Part shown: positions 33,135-42,880 of the stretch, piece by piece
Layout of the letters: each line of letters opens with the position of its first letter
How positions within the stretch are numbered: the stretch's first letter is position 1
Assembly (NCBI GenBank): GCA_047630475.1
Contig: JBLHXX010000004.1
Location: 11,374 to 75,373 of the forward strand
Length of the DNA stretch: 64,000 nucleotides
Origin: Celeribacter sp.
GTDB lineage: Bacteria; Pseudomonadota; Alphaproteobacteria; Rhodobacterales; Rhodobacteraceae
Direction of reading: 5' to 3'
Notes under the pieces: model-generated
Databases searched by the model: none
What the model was told of the DNA's origin: nothing
The model's input: the letters and a program-made list of their open reading frames with translations, nothing else
Translations under genes and position numbers: made by a program

Positions 33135-33436
33135 GACGGGACGTCCTTGAGCGGCAAGTGTCGAGGCTGAGGTTAGATCAATTTGGTTAACAGCCCCTAT
33201 ACGGCGTCTCGAAACTGGCATGATTGTGGCATAAGAATATGCGCAGCAAGAGCGTTGCAAAATGGTCGCATTTTCGCACCTACCTTTAATAAAGCCACAA
33301 TCCCCACCAAGGCGTGCGTCCTTCCGCTGCGACCAAAACCTCGCAAAGCACCCACTTAGATGATCTCTTTGAGTCTTTTTAAACGACTGCCAAAGTTCAA
33401 CATCAGATTGATATTACCAGCGCCACTAACGACATC

Positions 33437-33974
33437 AAAACGATCTTCCCCATAGTGCGCCCCCATGCGGCACCTTCGAACGGCACGCCTGTGACGCGCG
33501 AGGTGTTTGGGCAGACCTACAGCGTTCGCTATCAAGACGTTGCAGGGATGGTGGATATTCATACGGCCTCGCCTGCGCTGTTGACTGCGGTTGGGATCGC
33601 GGCAGTTGGGTTTATTGCAGCTCGCGCACGGGTTTTGGAGAGCTGACCGAATAGCACCTGCCCCGCGACGCTTAAGCAATCCTTGGCATTGATCGAGGCC
33701 GAGCTTGGTCACGCGATTGGGGTCGAGGACGGGCTGCGGAATGAAGTCTTTGGTCTTAAACGTGACCACGAGGTTGCGGGTGGTGTCGCCGTTTGCTGTG
33801 ACACTCAAAGAGGTGCATGGCTCGGGAACTGCGATGACGGCGTATCGCAAATTGATGTTTAAATATCTAGGCGCAGCAAAAATCCTGTTGCGCCTTTCTG
33901 AGCAGCAGTCATCCAGAGGGCTGAAACTGCGCCTCAATCCCTATTGTTCGGAGAAAATCATATGGGTTCGTTTT
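33437..33974. mobile_element. Putative decayed 538-bp insertion with imperfect terminal inverted repeats and flanking direct repeat
   Basis: GACATC|AAAACGATCTTCCCCATA...TATGGGTTCGTTTT|GACATC; no transposase. Confidence 0.4.
33455..33760 (+). pseudogene. Type II secretion GspK-like fragment
   Basis: PSNGTPVTREVFGQTYSVRYQDVAGMVDIHTASPALL resembles the GspK DGxP...DExGKxDLNxA pattern; stop at 33644-33646; 3' limit approximate. Confidence 0.5.
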
Positions 33975-34012
33975 GACATCAAAAATGTCGGCATGAGCTC
34001 CTTCCTTATAGT

Positions 34013-34043
34013 TAGCATGCCAAGCAACATGGGAAACATGTCA
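34013..34043. promoter_or_regulatory. CATG-centred imperfect palindromes upstream of the MarR gene (candidate operators)
   Basis: TAGCATGCCA (34013) and AAACATGTCA (34034), same core as TAACATGTTA at 36122. Confidence 0.5.
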
Positions 34044-34090
34044 ACAGAATCCCCCTTGCACTTTGAACGAAATCCATTGATTTGTTGAAC

Positions 34091-34546
34091 ATGCACAAAG
34101 ATGACACACACTTCAGACTGACCTCTCGGTCGCTCCCCATCGCCCTGTTGCGGGCCCGTGAAACCGTTATGGGATCATTTCGCGATATGTTGGCCAAGTC
34201 TGGCATTTCTGAACAAAAATGGCGGGTTCTTAGGGTGCTGTTTGAAAAGGGCCCTATGGAGCAAACGGCCATCGCCGAGGGGGCCTGCCTGCTGTTGCCC
34301 AGCTTGACCCGTATTTTGGCATCAATGGAAAAAGAAGGGCTTGTCACCCGTGCGACCGACCAAAAAGATCGTCGTAAAACGATTGTGGTGCTGGCACCTG
34401 CGGGCAAACATTTGATTGCAGCGCATTCCGAGGAAAGCGCTGCAATAACAGCTCAACTCGAGCAAAGCTTTGGCAAAGACCGCATAGAGGCTTTGCTTGA
34501 TTTACTTGAAGATCTGCACACACACACGCCCATCAACAAAAGCTAA
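34091..34546 (+). CDS. MarR family regulator, HpaR-like
   Basis: TSRSLPIALLRARETVM...SEQKWRVLRVL...LLLPSLTRIL...DRR. Confidence 0.88.
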   Translation: MHKDDTHFRLTSRSLPIALLRARETVMGSFRDMLAKSGISEQKWRVLRVLFEKGPMEQTAIAEGACLLLPSLTRILASMEKEGLVTRATDQKDRRKTIVVLAPAGKHLIAAHSEESAAITAQLEQSFGKDRIEALLDLLEDLHTHTPINKS

Positions 34547-34565
34547 AAAGCCCATCGAAACGGCG

Positions 34566-36041
34566 TCAGGCATCTGGCACCATTTTGCCGGGGTTCATTA
34601 TATTATGCGGATCCAAAGCACGTTTGATCACGCGCATCACCGCCAATTGCCCCGGGTCTTTCAGCTGGCGCATCAACGCAAGTTTACTTTGCCCAATGCC
34701 ATGTTCCGCGCTGAACGATCCGCCAAGCTCGGCCAGCAGATCAAAAGCCTTTTGTTTGACCTCCTCCAGCGGCAATTCCGCAAACGCATAGCCATCAGCG
34801 GCGGCAAGACCATAGTGCAAATTACCATCACCAAGATGCGCCACGGTCAATGGCAACACGCCCAAAGGCGCACAAAACACGTCCATTGCGTTCACAAATT
34901 GCGCCACATGCGCCAAAGGCAATGAGATATCCATGTGGTAGCACGGGCCATTTTCGGTGATCGCTTCAAGCACGGATTCACGCATTTGCCAAAGATCGGC
35001 GCGCTGCTGTTCAGATTGCGCGATCATGGCGTCCAGCACGATCTCTTTTTCCATAAGCTCCCCCAGAACCTCAAGCACCCTGTTTTGCAAAACAACAGTG
35101 CCGTCGTCCAACATTTCGGCGTCATCTGCGCGGCTGGACGCGACTTCGATCAGCAACCCCGTTTGCGCAGGCGCCTCAAGCGGTGGGCGCATATCGGGAA
35201 AGGTTTTACAAATTACGTCGATCAAAGATTTTGGCATATATTCAAAGGCTTCCACCGCGCCGCCTGTGGCATCTTGCAAGACATTCAGCACCTCGACAGT
35301 CGCGGTCAAATTTGACACCGACAAAAATGCCGTGGCACGCACGACAGGGTTTGGCGACAATTTGAACACCGCCGCAGTGATGATGCCCAGCGTGCCTTCG
35401 GCGCCGATCAACAGGTTTTTGATGTCATAACCGGTGTTGTCTTTGCGCAAGCCTTGCAGTCCTGTGACCATCGTCCCGTCGGGCATCACGGCTTCAATTC
35501 CAAGACACAATTCGCGGGTATTGCCATAGCGCACAACATTCGATCCGCCTGCATTCGTCGACAGATTTCCACCAATCATGCAGCTGCCCTTAGCGCCAAA
35601 CATCAAAGGAAAAATCAACCCCTGTTCAAGCACGGCCCCTTGTACCGTCTCAAGCACGGCCCCAGCCTCAACCGTGATCGTGCGCGCGACTGTATCGATG
35701 TTGCGAATTGTGTTCATACGTTCCAATGACACCATCAAAGTGGGCCGTCCTTCGATAGGAACACCCCCACCGCACAGACCAGTGCGTCCACCAATAGGAA
35801 CAATCGCAATGCCATGCCTGCCGCAAAGTTTTACCAGCTCAGACACTTGCTCAACCGTATTTGGCCGCGCGATTGCAACGGGCAGTCCGGCATACTGACC
35901 TGTCCAGTCTGTGCCATAGCGACTTAGGTCATCGGCCTTGGCCAACACATGCCCCGCCCCAACGATAGTGCGGCACATCTGTATAAAATCGTCTACTGCC
36001 AAGGCGCTGGACTGGGGTGAGTTTATCAAGGGGCTCTCCAT
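34566..36041 (-). CDS. FAD-binding oxidoreductase (D-2-hydroxyglutarate/D-lactate dehydrogenase family)
   Basis: GGRTGLCGG, IGGNLSTNAGG, LRKDNTGYD, HLGDGNLH, SAEHGIG. Confidence 0.92.
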   Translation of the reverse strand: MESPLINSPQSSALAVDDFIQMCRTIVGAGHVLAKADDLSRYGTDWTGQYAGLPVAIARPNTVEQVSELVKLCGRHGIAIVPIGGRTGLCGGGVPIEGRPTLMVSLERMNTIRNIDTVARTITVEAGAVLETVQGAVLEQGLIFPLMFGAKGSCMIGGNLSTNAGGSNVVRYGNTRELCLGIEAVMPDGTMVTGLQGLRKDNTGYDIKNLLIGAEGTLGIITAAVFKLSPNPVVRATAFLSVSNLTATVEVLNVLQDATGGAVEAFEYMPKSLIDVICKTFPDMRPPLEAPAQTGLLIEVASSRADDAEMLDDGTVVLQNRVLEVLGELMEKEIVLDAMIAQSEQQRADLWQMRESVLEAITENGPCYHMDISLPLAHVAQFVNAMDVFCAPLGVLPLTVAHLGDGNLHYGLAAADGYAFAELPLEEVKQKAFDLLAELGGSFSAEHGIGQSKLALMRQLKDPGQLAVMRVIKRALDPHNIMNPGKMVPDA

Positions 36042-36089
36042 CTTATTGAGCAAGATCGTGATTACACCCACTTAAATAGGGGGGCGATA

Positions 36090-36135
36090 TGACATGCTAG
36101 TATTTATTTCTCAAAAATAAATAACATGTTAAGTA
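36090..36135. promoter_or_regulatory. Candidate MarR/HpaR-type operators upstream of the FAD oxidoreductase
   Basis: Perfect palindrome TAACATGTTA at 36122-36131 plus TGACATGCTA at 36090-36099. Confidence 0.55.
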
Positions 36136-36169
36136 AGCATTGCAATACCTCTTTGCTGTGACAAAGGAC

Positions 36170-36420
36170 CCTCACTGCCAGCCATTATATCGCAAAGACG
36201 ATCATCCGCATCACAGATATCGAAGGCGCTCTGGCCACAGAAAATGTGAGTTGTCAGTTGGATTTAGCGCCTCGGTCCGGTCCAAAACAGTAAGGCAGTC
36301 AAAACCTTGGCCGTATCTATGGATCCCGGTTTTGTTTGGGTCAACCGCCACGAAGGATTGCCCCCAACGCGCCATTTGGCGTTGAAAAACAATCTGGCTC
36401 GGCACCTAATTTGGAGTTGA
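36170..36420 (-). pseudogene. Heavily degraded GFA (DUF636) family remnant
   Basis: Fragments in different frames, in GFA order: MARWGQSFVAV, LFW, LTTHIF; boundaries approximate. Confidence 0.35.
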
Positions 36421-36574
36421 TCATTTCAAAGGTTTCACCTGCATCCAAACGCGACACACCTATAAAACACCATGTAAACCATACATAAAAAGACCGGAGC
36501 ATCCCTGCACCGGCCTTTGCTTTGTGAGATGCCGAGGTAACAGCCCCCCACAAACCAAAATTCTGGGCATCGCT

Positions 36575-38092
36575 CTACGCTGTGGCAAACAGATCGCCGT
36601 AAGCGTCACGCAGAATATTCTTTTGCACCTTGCCCATGGTGTTGCGCGGCAAAGCATCAACAACAATCAATTTGCGCGGATGCTTGAACCGCGCAAGTGA
36701 AGTTTTACACGCCGCCATTAAGGCATCAAGGTCAGGTATTCCGCCACTTTGCGGCACGATCACCCCGACAACCGTTTCGCCAAAGTCAGGGTGCAGCACG
36801 CCAATCACAGCGCTTTCCAGCACGCCCGTTTGATCATCAAGCACCAGTTCGATTTCTTTTGGGTAAATATTGTACCCGCCAGAAATAATCAGATCCTTGT
36901 TACGCCCGACAATCGTAACATACCCATCGCCATCAATCGTACCCAAATCGCCTGTGATAAAGAACCCGTCACTGCGCAGCTCTTCGGCAGTCTTTTCTGG
37001 CATCTGCCAGTACCCTTTGAACACATTTGATCCACGCACTTCGATCTGGCCAACGTCGCCGCGCGGCAAAGTCGTGCCCGTCGCGGGGTCGGTGATTTTC
37101 AACTCAACCCCCGGCAATGGCAGCCCCACAGTGCCCGCTTTACGCGTCCCGTCGTATGGATTCGAGGTGTTCATGTTGGTCTCAGTCATACCGTAGCGTT
37201 CCAAGATACGGTGACCTGTACGATCCTCAAACTGCACATGGGTTTCCGCCAACAAGGGCGCGGACCCAGACACAAACAAACGCATGTGTGTGGTCAGATC
37301 TTTGGTAAACCGCGGATCCCCAAGCAAGCGGGTATAGAACGTCGGCACGCCCATCATGGCCGTCGCGCGTGGCAGGTTTTCGATGATAGCATCTTGATCA
37401 AACTTGGGCATGAACACCATGCTGCCGCCAGCAGCCAAGGTCACGTTGGTCGCAACAAAAAGCCCATGGGTGTGAAAAATCGGCAAGGCATGCAGCAACA
37501 CATCATCCGCCGTAAAGCGCCATTCGTCGACCAAAGTCAGCGCATTGGACAAAAGGTTTTGTTGCGTCAACATCGCCCCTTTTGAGCGTCCAGTGGTGCC
37601 AGATGTATATAAAAGCGCCGCCAAATCATCAAGGTTGCGATCCACAGTCGCAAAAGTCGATGGCATCACATCAGCTTTGCACATCAATGTGCCTGTGCCA
37701 TCGGCGTTTAAAGTTTCCAAATTCGCACCAAGTCGTGTGACCACTGGCGTCAGTTTGGCTTTGCTCGCGCCGTCACAAATGACCAAAGATGCGCCACTGT
37801 TTTCTATAAAATACGTCAACTCATCCACCGTATAGGCAGTATTAAGGGGCAAAAAGACCAGCCCAGCCTGCGCACAGGCCGCATAAATCGCCAAAGCCTC
37901 TGGTGACTTTTCAACCTGAACGGCAACGCGGTCTCCGGCCTTTAAACCAGCTTGAGTCATTGTGTTCGCAACTTGTGCGCAGGTTGCTAAAAACGTTTGA
38001 TGGGTGATAGTCGAGCCATCTAAAAGATGTAGAAACGGCGTGGCTTTCCCCCCATGGGCCCCAAAAAGCGTATCGTATAAAATGTTTGCCAT
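36575..38092 (-). CDS. matB: Malonyl-CoA synthetase
   Basis: LYTSGTTGRSKG, HALPIFHTHGLFVA, ERYGMTETNMNTSNPY, PRNTMGKVQK. Confidence 0.95.
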   Translation of the reverse strand: MANILYDTLFGAHGGKATPFLHLLDGSTITHQTFLATCAQVANTMTQAGLKAGDRVAVQVEKSPEALAIYAACAQAGLVFLPLNTAYTVDELTYFIENSGASLVICDGASKAKLTPVVTRLGANLETLNADGTGTLMCKADVMPSTFATVDRNLDDLAALLYTSGTTGRSKGAMLTQQNLLSNALTLVDEWRFTADDVLLHALPIFHTHGLFVATNVTLAAGGSMVFMPKFDQDAIIENLPRATAMMGVPTFYTRLLGDPRFTKDLTTHMRLFVSGSAPLLAETHVQFEDRTGHRILERYGMTETNMNTSNPYDGTRKAGTVGLPLPGVELKITDPATGTTLPRGDVGQIEVRGSNVFKGYWQMPEKTAEELRSDGFFITGDLGTIDGDGYVTIVGRNKDLIISGGYNIYPKEIELVLDDQTGVLESAVIGVLHPDFGETVVGVIVPQSGGIPDLDALMAACKTSLARFKHPRKLIVVDALPRNTMGKVQKNILRDAYGDLFATA

Positions 38093-38099
38093 AATCTTA

Positions 38100-38330
38100 G
38101 GCCTTTTCCGTCTGAGTGATCGACCAGCCTGCGCGAGAGCTAAAACCTCGGCAGAGACAACCACCTGTTTTGTGGTTACAAATCGTTCGTGACTTTTCGT
38201 TCGTGACTTTGTGCGACATTTTCCAAATCGTAAAGATAGTTGACCATCTGCGCAATCGCGGCGACCGTGTGAGCCCATCGGGCCCCGTCGCACTGATGAA
38301 AATGTTGAAGCCACGGCAAAGATCAAGGTC
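38100..38330 (-). pseudogene. matA: Malonyl-CoA decarboxylase 3' remnant
   Basis: MVNYLYDLENVAQSHER|FVTTKQVVVSAEV is restored by removing a 14-bp duplication; upstream FISATGPDGL fragment; directly before matB. Confidence 0.75.
38183..38210 (+). repeat. Perfect 14-bp tandem duplication
   Basis: TCGTTCGTGACTTT x2. Confidence 0.95.
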
Positions 38331-38384
38331 CACCGCGCAGGCTTGGCAGCTCTTAGAATTTCTAACGAACCCCTAAGTGGTTTA

Positions 38385-38530
38385 GAAAAAGCCAACCAGC
38401 GCCACCAAGAGGCGGCGATCAAAACAATAGAAAAAGGCCGAACCCGATGTCCGCGCACTTTGTGAGGTGCTGGACACAACGCTCGGCCAGATTGTGATGG
38501 AACGCCTCAGGACCGACCAAGCGCCACATC
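38385..38530 (-). pseudogene. Possible 5' remnant of the frcK P-loop kinase
   Basis: DRRLLVALVG (38391-38420) resembles the strand preceding the FrcK Walker A motif, at the expected position after frcA. Confidence 0.35.
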
Positions 38531-38537
38531 GGTCGTG

Positions 38538-39311
38538 TTACGCAGGTTCTTGTACAGGCGCATCTTTCGCCCCTGTCATAAAGGCAACCGCATCAGACAT
38601 TGTGTAGTCTTTTGGATCAATCACGCACAGACGTTTGCCAAGGCGGTGAACGTGGATGCGATCAGCAACCTCAAACACATGCGGCATGTTGTGACTGATC
38701 AAAATGATAGGAATGCCGCGCGATTTAACGTCTTGGATCAATTCCAAAACCTTGCGGCTTTCTTTCACACCCAGCGCGGCAGTCGGCTCGTCCAAGATGA
38801 TTACTTTGGACCCGAAGGCCGCAGCACGCGCCACAGCCACCCCTTGGCGTTGACCACCAGACAGCGTTTCCACGGCTTGGTTGATGTTTTGAATTGTCAT
38901 CAAACCAAGCTCAGTTAGCTTGTCACGTGACGCGGCCTCCATTGCCTTACGGTCCAACTGGCGCAGGTATTTTCCGCGCCAACCGGGTTTGCGCAACTCG
39001 CGGCCCATAAACATATTATCCGCGATAGACAAAGCAGGTGACATCGCAAGGGTTTGATAAACTGTCTCGATCCCTGCTTCACGCGCTTGAATGGGCGATG
39101 TGAAATTGATCTGTTTGCCCTCAAGATACACTTCACCTTCATCGGGGATCACCGCACCAGACACAGCTTTGATAAGGGAACTTTTACCCGCACCGTTGTC
39201 GCCGATAACGGCCAAAATTTCACCGGGGTAGAGATCGAAATCGCAGTGATCGAGCGCCGTCACTTTGCCGTACCGTTTGACCAGATTGCGGCCTTTGAGA
39301 ATGGGTTCCAT
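38538..39311 (-). CDS. frcA: Fructose-type sugar ABC transporter ATPase
   Basis: GDNGAGKS, LSGGQRQ, ILDEPT. Confidence 0.9.
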   Translation of the reverse strand: MEPILKGRNLVKRYGKVTALDHCDFDLYPGEILAVIGDNGAGKSSLIKAVSGAVIPDEGEVYLEGKQINFTSPIQAREAGIETVYQTLAMSPALSIADNMFMGRELRKPGWRGKYLRQLDRKAMEAASRDKLTELGLMTIQNINQAVETLSGGQRQGVAVARAAAFGSKVIILDEPTAALGVKESRKVLELIQDVKSRGIPIILISHNMPHVFEVADRIHVHRLGKRLCVIDPKDYTMSDAVAFMTGAKDAPVQEPA

Positions 39312-40393
39312 TAGACTGATACCTTTCTGATCCACTGGTCGACCGCAACAGCCGAGATGATAAGCACGCCAATCAATAGGTACGTCCACTGCGCATCAGC
39401 GCCAAGAAGACGCAAGCCCAAGGTGAACACCCCCACAATCAAAGCGCCAAACAAAGGCCCCATGATCGATCCGCGTCCGCCAAACAGCGAGATGCCACCG
39501 ATCACAACAGCCGTGATGCTTTCGATGTTCAAAAGCTGACCTGATGTCGGGCTGACAGAGCCGATACGACCAATCAAAGCCCAACCCGCGATGCCGCAAA
39601 TGAGACCTGTGACCGCATAAACTGAGATCAAAATTTTGCGAACATTCACGCCAGACAATTGCGCCGCATCAGGATCATCGCCCACTGCGTAAATGTGGCG
39701 GCCCCATGCCGTTTGACGCAACGCGTAGGCCAAGAACGCAAAGATCAACACCATGGCAATCACGCCGTACGTAAAATTCGCGCCGCCGCGCCCATCAGCA
39801 TCGGCACCGATTTTGAACGTCGTGCCAAGCAGCTGTAGCAAAGGTGCTTCGGCTTCGATTTCTTGGCTGCGGATTGTCTCATTAGATGAATATAGAAAGT
39901 TCGCGGCCAAAACGATTTGCCACATGCCAAGCGTCACGATAAAGGGCGGCAGTTTCATCACAGCAATCAACCAACCGTTGATCGCACCAACAGCTGTGCC
40001 GAACGCCAAACCGCAAGCTACGGCAACTTCAACAGGCAACCCATAGCGAAACGTGAACTGCCCCATAATAACGCTGGATAAAACAGCGATCGCACCAACG
40101 CTGAGATCAATACCTGCGGTCAAAATCACAAGACTTTGCGCGGCAGCCACGATCCCAACAATTTGAACTTGCTGCAAGATCAGCGTCAGCGCAAAGGGGG
40201 AAAAGAATTTAGACCCAAGAAGCAGGCCAAAAATGGCAATGGACAGCACCAATACGATCAACGGCACCAAGGCCGGATTGACATGGAGCCAGTGCTGGAG
40301 TGTCGGCACGAACCCTTTTTTGGTGGTTTCGAATTTCGCGACTTGATCAGGAGCGGCCTTCGCTGCGCCCTCAAAACTCTCGGCATCGGACAT
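39311..40393 (-). CDS. frcC: Sugar ABC transporter permease
   Basis: GIDLSVGA, GRHIYAVGDDPDAA, AVVIGGISLFGGRG. Confidence 0.9.
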   Translation of the reverse strand: MSDAESFEGAAKAAPDQVAKFETTKKGFVPTLQHWLHVNPALVPLIVLVLSIAIFGLLLGSKFFSPFALTLILQQVQIVGIVAAAQSLVILTAGIDLSVGAIAVLSSVIMGQFTFRYGLPVEVAVACGLAFGTAVGAINGWLIAVMKLPPFIVTLGMWQIVLAANFLYSSNETIRSQEIEAEAPLLQLLGTTFKIGADADGRGGANFTYGVIAMVLIFAFLAYALRQTAWGRHIYAVGDDPDAAQLSGVNVRKILISVYAVTGLICGIAGWALIGRIGSVSPTSGQLLNIESITAVVIGGISLFGGRGSIMGPLFGALIVGVFTLGLRLLGADAQWTYLLIGVLIISAVAVDQWIRKVSV

Positions 40394-40430
40394 GATCATT
40401 CTCCTGATTGTCTTCAAGCAGTTAATATCA

Positions 40431-40457
40431 AAGAGGGGCGCAGAACGCCCCCCTTCT
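40431..40457 (-). terminator. Intercistronic hairpin after frcB
   Basis: GGGGCG/CGCCCC stem with a short T-run. Confidence 0.55.
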
Positions 40458-40478
40458 ATTAGATTTCAAAGCAAGGAC

Positions 40479-41495
40479 TTAGCCCCAGCAGAGGTCGCGG
40501 CCTTCAGCAACTGAAATCGAGTCGACACCATCAACAGCCATGTCCGTCACAAGTGCGACGCCTGTGTCAAAGAAGTCCTTGCCAGGTGTCAGTGCTGGTT
40601 TTGCGCCATCGTTGGCCCATGCAAAAATTGCTTCAACGCCTTTGGACGCCATCAACAATGGGTATTGCTGTGATGTCGCGCCGATCACGCCGTCTGCGAT
40701 ATTTTCGACACCGGGGCAGCCGCCGTCAACAGAAACGATCAGAACATCTTTTTCACGACCGATGGATTTAAGCGCTTCATATGCGCCCGCCGCTGCGGGT
40801 TCGTTGATTGTGTAGACAACGTTGATGTCTGCGTCTTTCGCAAGAAGATTTTCCATGGCTTTGCGGCCACCTTCTTCGTTGCCGGAGGTGATGTCGTTGC
40901 CAACGATGCGTGGGTCTGTCTCATCGCCCCATTTGTTTGGATCGCCAAGATCAATACCGAAACCTTGCAAGAAACCTTGGTCACGCAAAACGCCAACTGT
41001 TGGTTGGCTGACCGCCAGATCAAGCATCGCAATTTTAGCATCTGCAGCGGCATCCCCAAGTTTCGCAGCAGCCCACTGACCGATCAATTCACCTGCCAGA
41101 AAGTTATCTGTCGCGAATGTTGCGTCTGCCGCTTCGATTGGATCAAGTGGCGTATCAAGTGCGATCACAACAAGGCCAGCGTCGCGGGCTTGTGTTACGG
41201 CGGTGACGATGGAGGATGTGTCAGACGCCGTCAAAAGGATGCCTTTTGCGCCATCAGCGATACATGTTTCGATCGCAGCAACTTGTGTTTCGTGGTCGCC
41301 GTCAACTTTACCTGCGAAAGATTTAAGTTCCATGCCGAGCTCTGCTGCTTTGGCTTCGGCCCCTTCACGCATTTTTACGAAGAACGGGTTGGTGTCTGTT
41401 TTGGTGATCAAGCACGCTGTGACGCTGTCGCTTGCGAATGCTGTGCTTGTCATTGATGCCAAGGCAATAGCGGATACTGTGATGAGTTTTTTCAT
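40479..41495 (-). CDS. frcB: Sugar ABC substrate-binding protein (fructose/ribose/mannose)
   Basis: Signal peptide; [16 protein letters not shown]; [12 protein letters not shown]; C-terminal LCWG. Confidence 0.9.
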   Translation of the reverse strand: MKKLITVSAIALASMTSTAFASDSVTACLITKTDTNPFFVKMREGAEAKAAELGMELKSFAGKVDGDHETQVAAIETCIADGAKGILLTASDTSSIVTAVTQARDAGLVVIALDTPLDPIEAADATFATDNFLAGELIGQWAAAKLGDAAADAKIAMLDLAVSQPTVGVLRDQGFLQGFGIDLGDPNKWGDETDPRIVGNDITSGNEEGGRKAMENLLAKDADINVVYTINEPAAAGAYEALKSIGREKDVLIVSVDGGCPGVENIADGVIGATSQQYPLLMASKGVEAIFAWANDGAKPALTPGKDFFDTGVALVTDMAVDGVDSISVAEGRDLCWG

Positions 41496-41605
41496 GATTT
41501 CCTCCCAAGAAATACATATGTGGATCTTATGTGTGACCCGGTCCTGAATGCCTCCACGCATCAGGTTCGAGCTTAAAAAGCCAGATTCTGTTGGCCCTGT
41601 CAATA

Positions 41606-41626
41606 AATAAATAAACTTGATTTATT
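41606..41626. promoter_or_regulatory. ROK-type operator between frcB and frcR
   Basis: AATAAAT-N7-ATTTATT palindrome. Confidence 0.7.
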
Positions 41627-41668
41627 AAATGCGCATCTGGCATCTTCCTATCTAGGAAGGAGACGCTT

Positions 41669-42880
41669 ATGGTTAGCGCCATGGATGGTGGAAAGATCAA
41701 AGGGCACAATAGTGGCGTGAACCAAAGCGGGGTTCGCGACTATAATGAACGCCTGATGCTATCTATGCTGCAACGCCATGGGGCGATGCCCGGCATAGAC
41801 GTGGCACGGCGCGCAGGCCTATCACCTCAAACAGTCTCTGTCATTTTGCGCAAACTCGAGAAAGATGGATACGTCAAACGTGGCGATCCCATTCGTGGCA
41901 AAGTGGGCAAACCCTCGATCCCGATGGAACTCGATCCAGATGGCGTTCTGTCACTCGGATTAAAGGTTGGACGTCGCAGTGCAGAACTGCTGCTGCTGGA
42001 TTTTGCAGGGCATGTGCGTAGCCACATTCATACGTCTTATGCTTACCCCCTACCCGAATCCATCTTAGCCTTTTTGCAAAATGGCATGGAGCAAATTTAT
42101 GCTGAGCTGACACCCGAGGCACGCTCACGCTTGTGCGGCCTTGGAGTTGCAGCGCCTTTTGAGCTGTGGAAATGGCATGATGTTGTCGGCGCACCCGCGA
42201 AGACATTCAGGTCTTGGAAAGGCTTCGACTTTGCGCAAGCCGTCGCAGAGTTTAGTGACCTGCCTGTCTCATTGGTCAATGATTCCACCGCCGCCTGTCG
42301 CGCTGAACATCTGTATGCACGAGGCGAAAAGTTTCGCGACTATGCCTATTTCTTTATCGGCTCATTCATCGGCGGTGGCGTGGTCTTGAATGACACCGTG
42401 TTTGAAGGCAACCAAGGCAATGCGGGCGCCCTTGGCGCGCTACGCAGCACTGGCCCGCTTGGGGAAAGCCTTCAACTGATCGATGTCGCCTCCCTTCATT
42501 TACTCGAAGGGCGCTTGGTACAGGCAGGCATGGACCCCATGCAACTTTGGGATCAACCGCAAGACTGGAGTGCCCTGACGCGCTACGTAGACCCTTGGAT
42601 TGGGGAAACAGCGCAAGAACTGGCCAAGGCCGCTTTGTCAATTTGCTCCGTTATCGACTTTGAAGCGATCATCATTGATGGTGCATTTCCTGAAGATGTG
42701 CGCACGGAACTGGTGGAACGCGTCAAACGTTATCTCGTCAACCAAGACAAACGTGGCCTGATTGAGCCCCAAATCGCGGCGGGCGGTATCGGCGAAACCG
42801 CCCGTGCCATTGGCGCAGCAAGTGGGCCGATATTTTCGCAGTTTTTCCTCAACACCAATTCTGGTCTGTCTTCTATTTAA
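41669..42880 (+). CDS. frcR: ROK family transcriptional regulator
   Basis: HTH GLSPQTVSVI, GKVGKPS, NDSTAAC, IGGGVV; divergent from frcBCA. Confidence 0.9.
   Translation: MVSAMDGGKIKGHNSGVNQSGVRDYNERLMLSMLQRHGAMPGIDVARRAGLSPQTVSVILRKLEKDGYVKRGDPIRGKVGKPSIPMELDPDGVLSLGLKVGRRSAELLLLDFAGHVRSHIHTSYAYPLPESILAFLQNGMEQIYAELTPEARSRLCGLGVAAPFELWKWHDVVGAPAKTFRSWKGFDFAQAVAEFSDLPVSLVNDSTAACRAEHLYARGEKFRDYAYFFIGSFIGGGVVLNDTVFEGNQGNAGALGALRSTGPLGESLQLIDVASLHLLEGRLVQAGMDPMQLWDQPQDWSALTRYVDPWIGETAQELAKAALSICSVIDFEAIIIDGAFPEDVRTELVERVKRYLVNQDKRGLIEPQIAAGGIGETARAIGAASGPIFSQFFLNTNSGLSSI

Noticed and set aside
38351-38373. GGGGTTCGTTAGAAATTCTAAG (minus strand) as a Tn3-type inverted repeat
   Set aside because: Only 22 bp against about 38 expected, with no partner end or transposase.
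38093-38479. Apparent 129-aa N-terminal extension of matB
   Set aside because: Frame run-through across matA/frcK debris; MatB similarity starts at ATG 38092.
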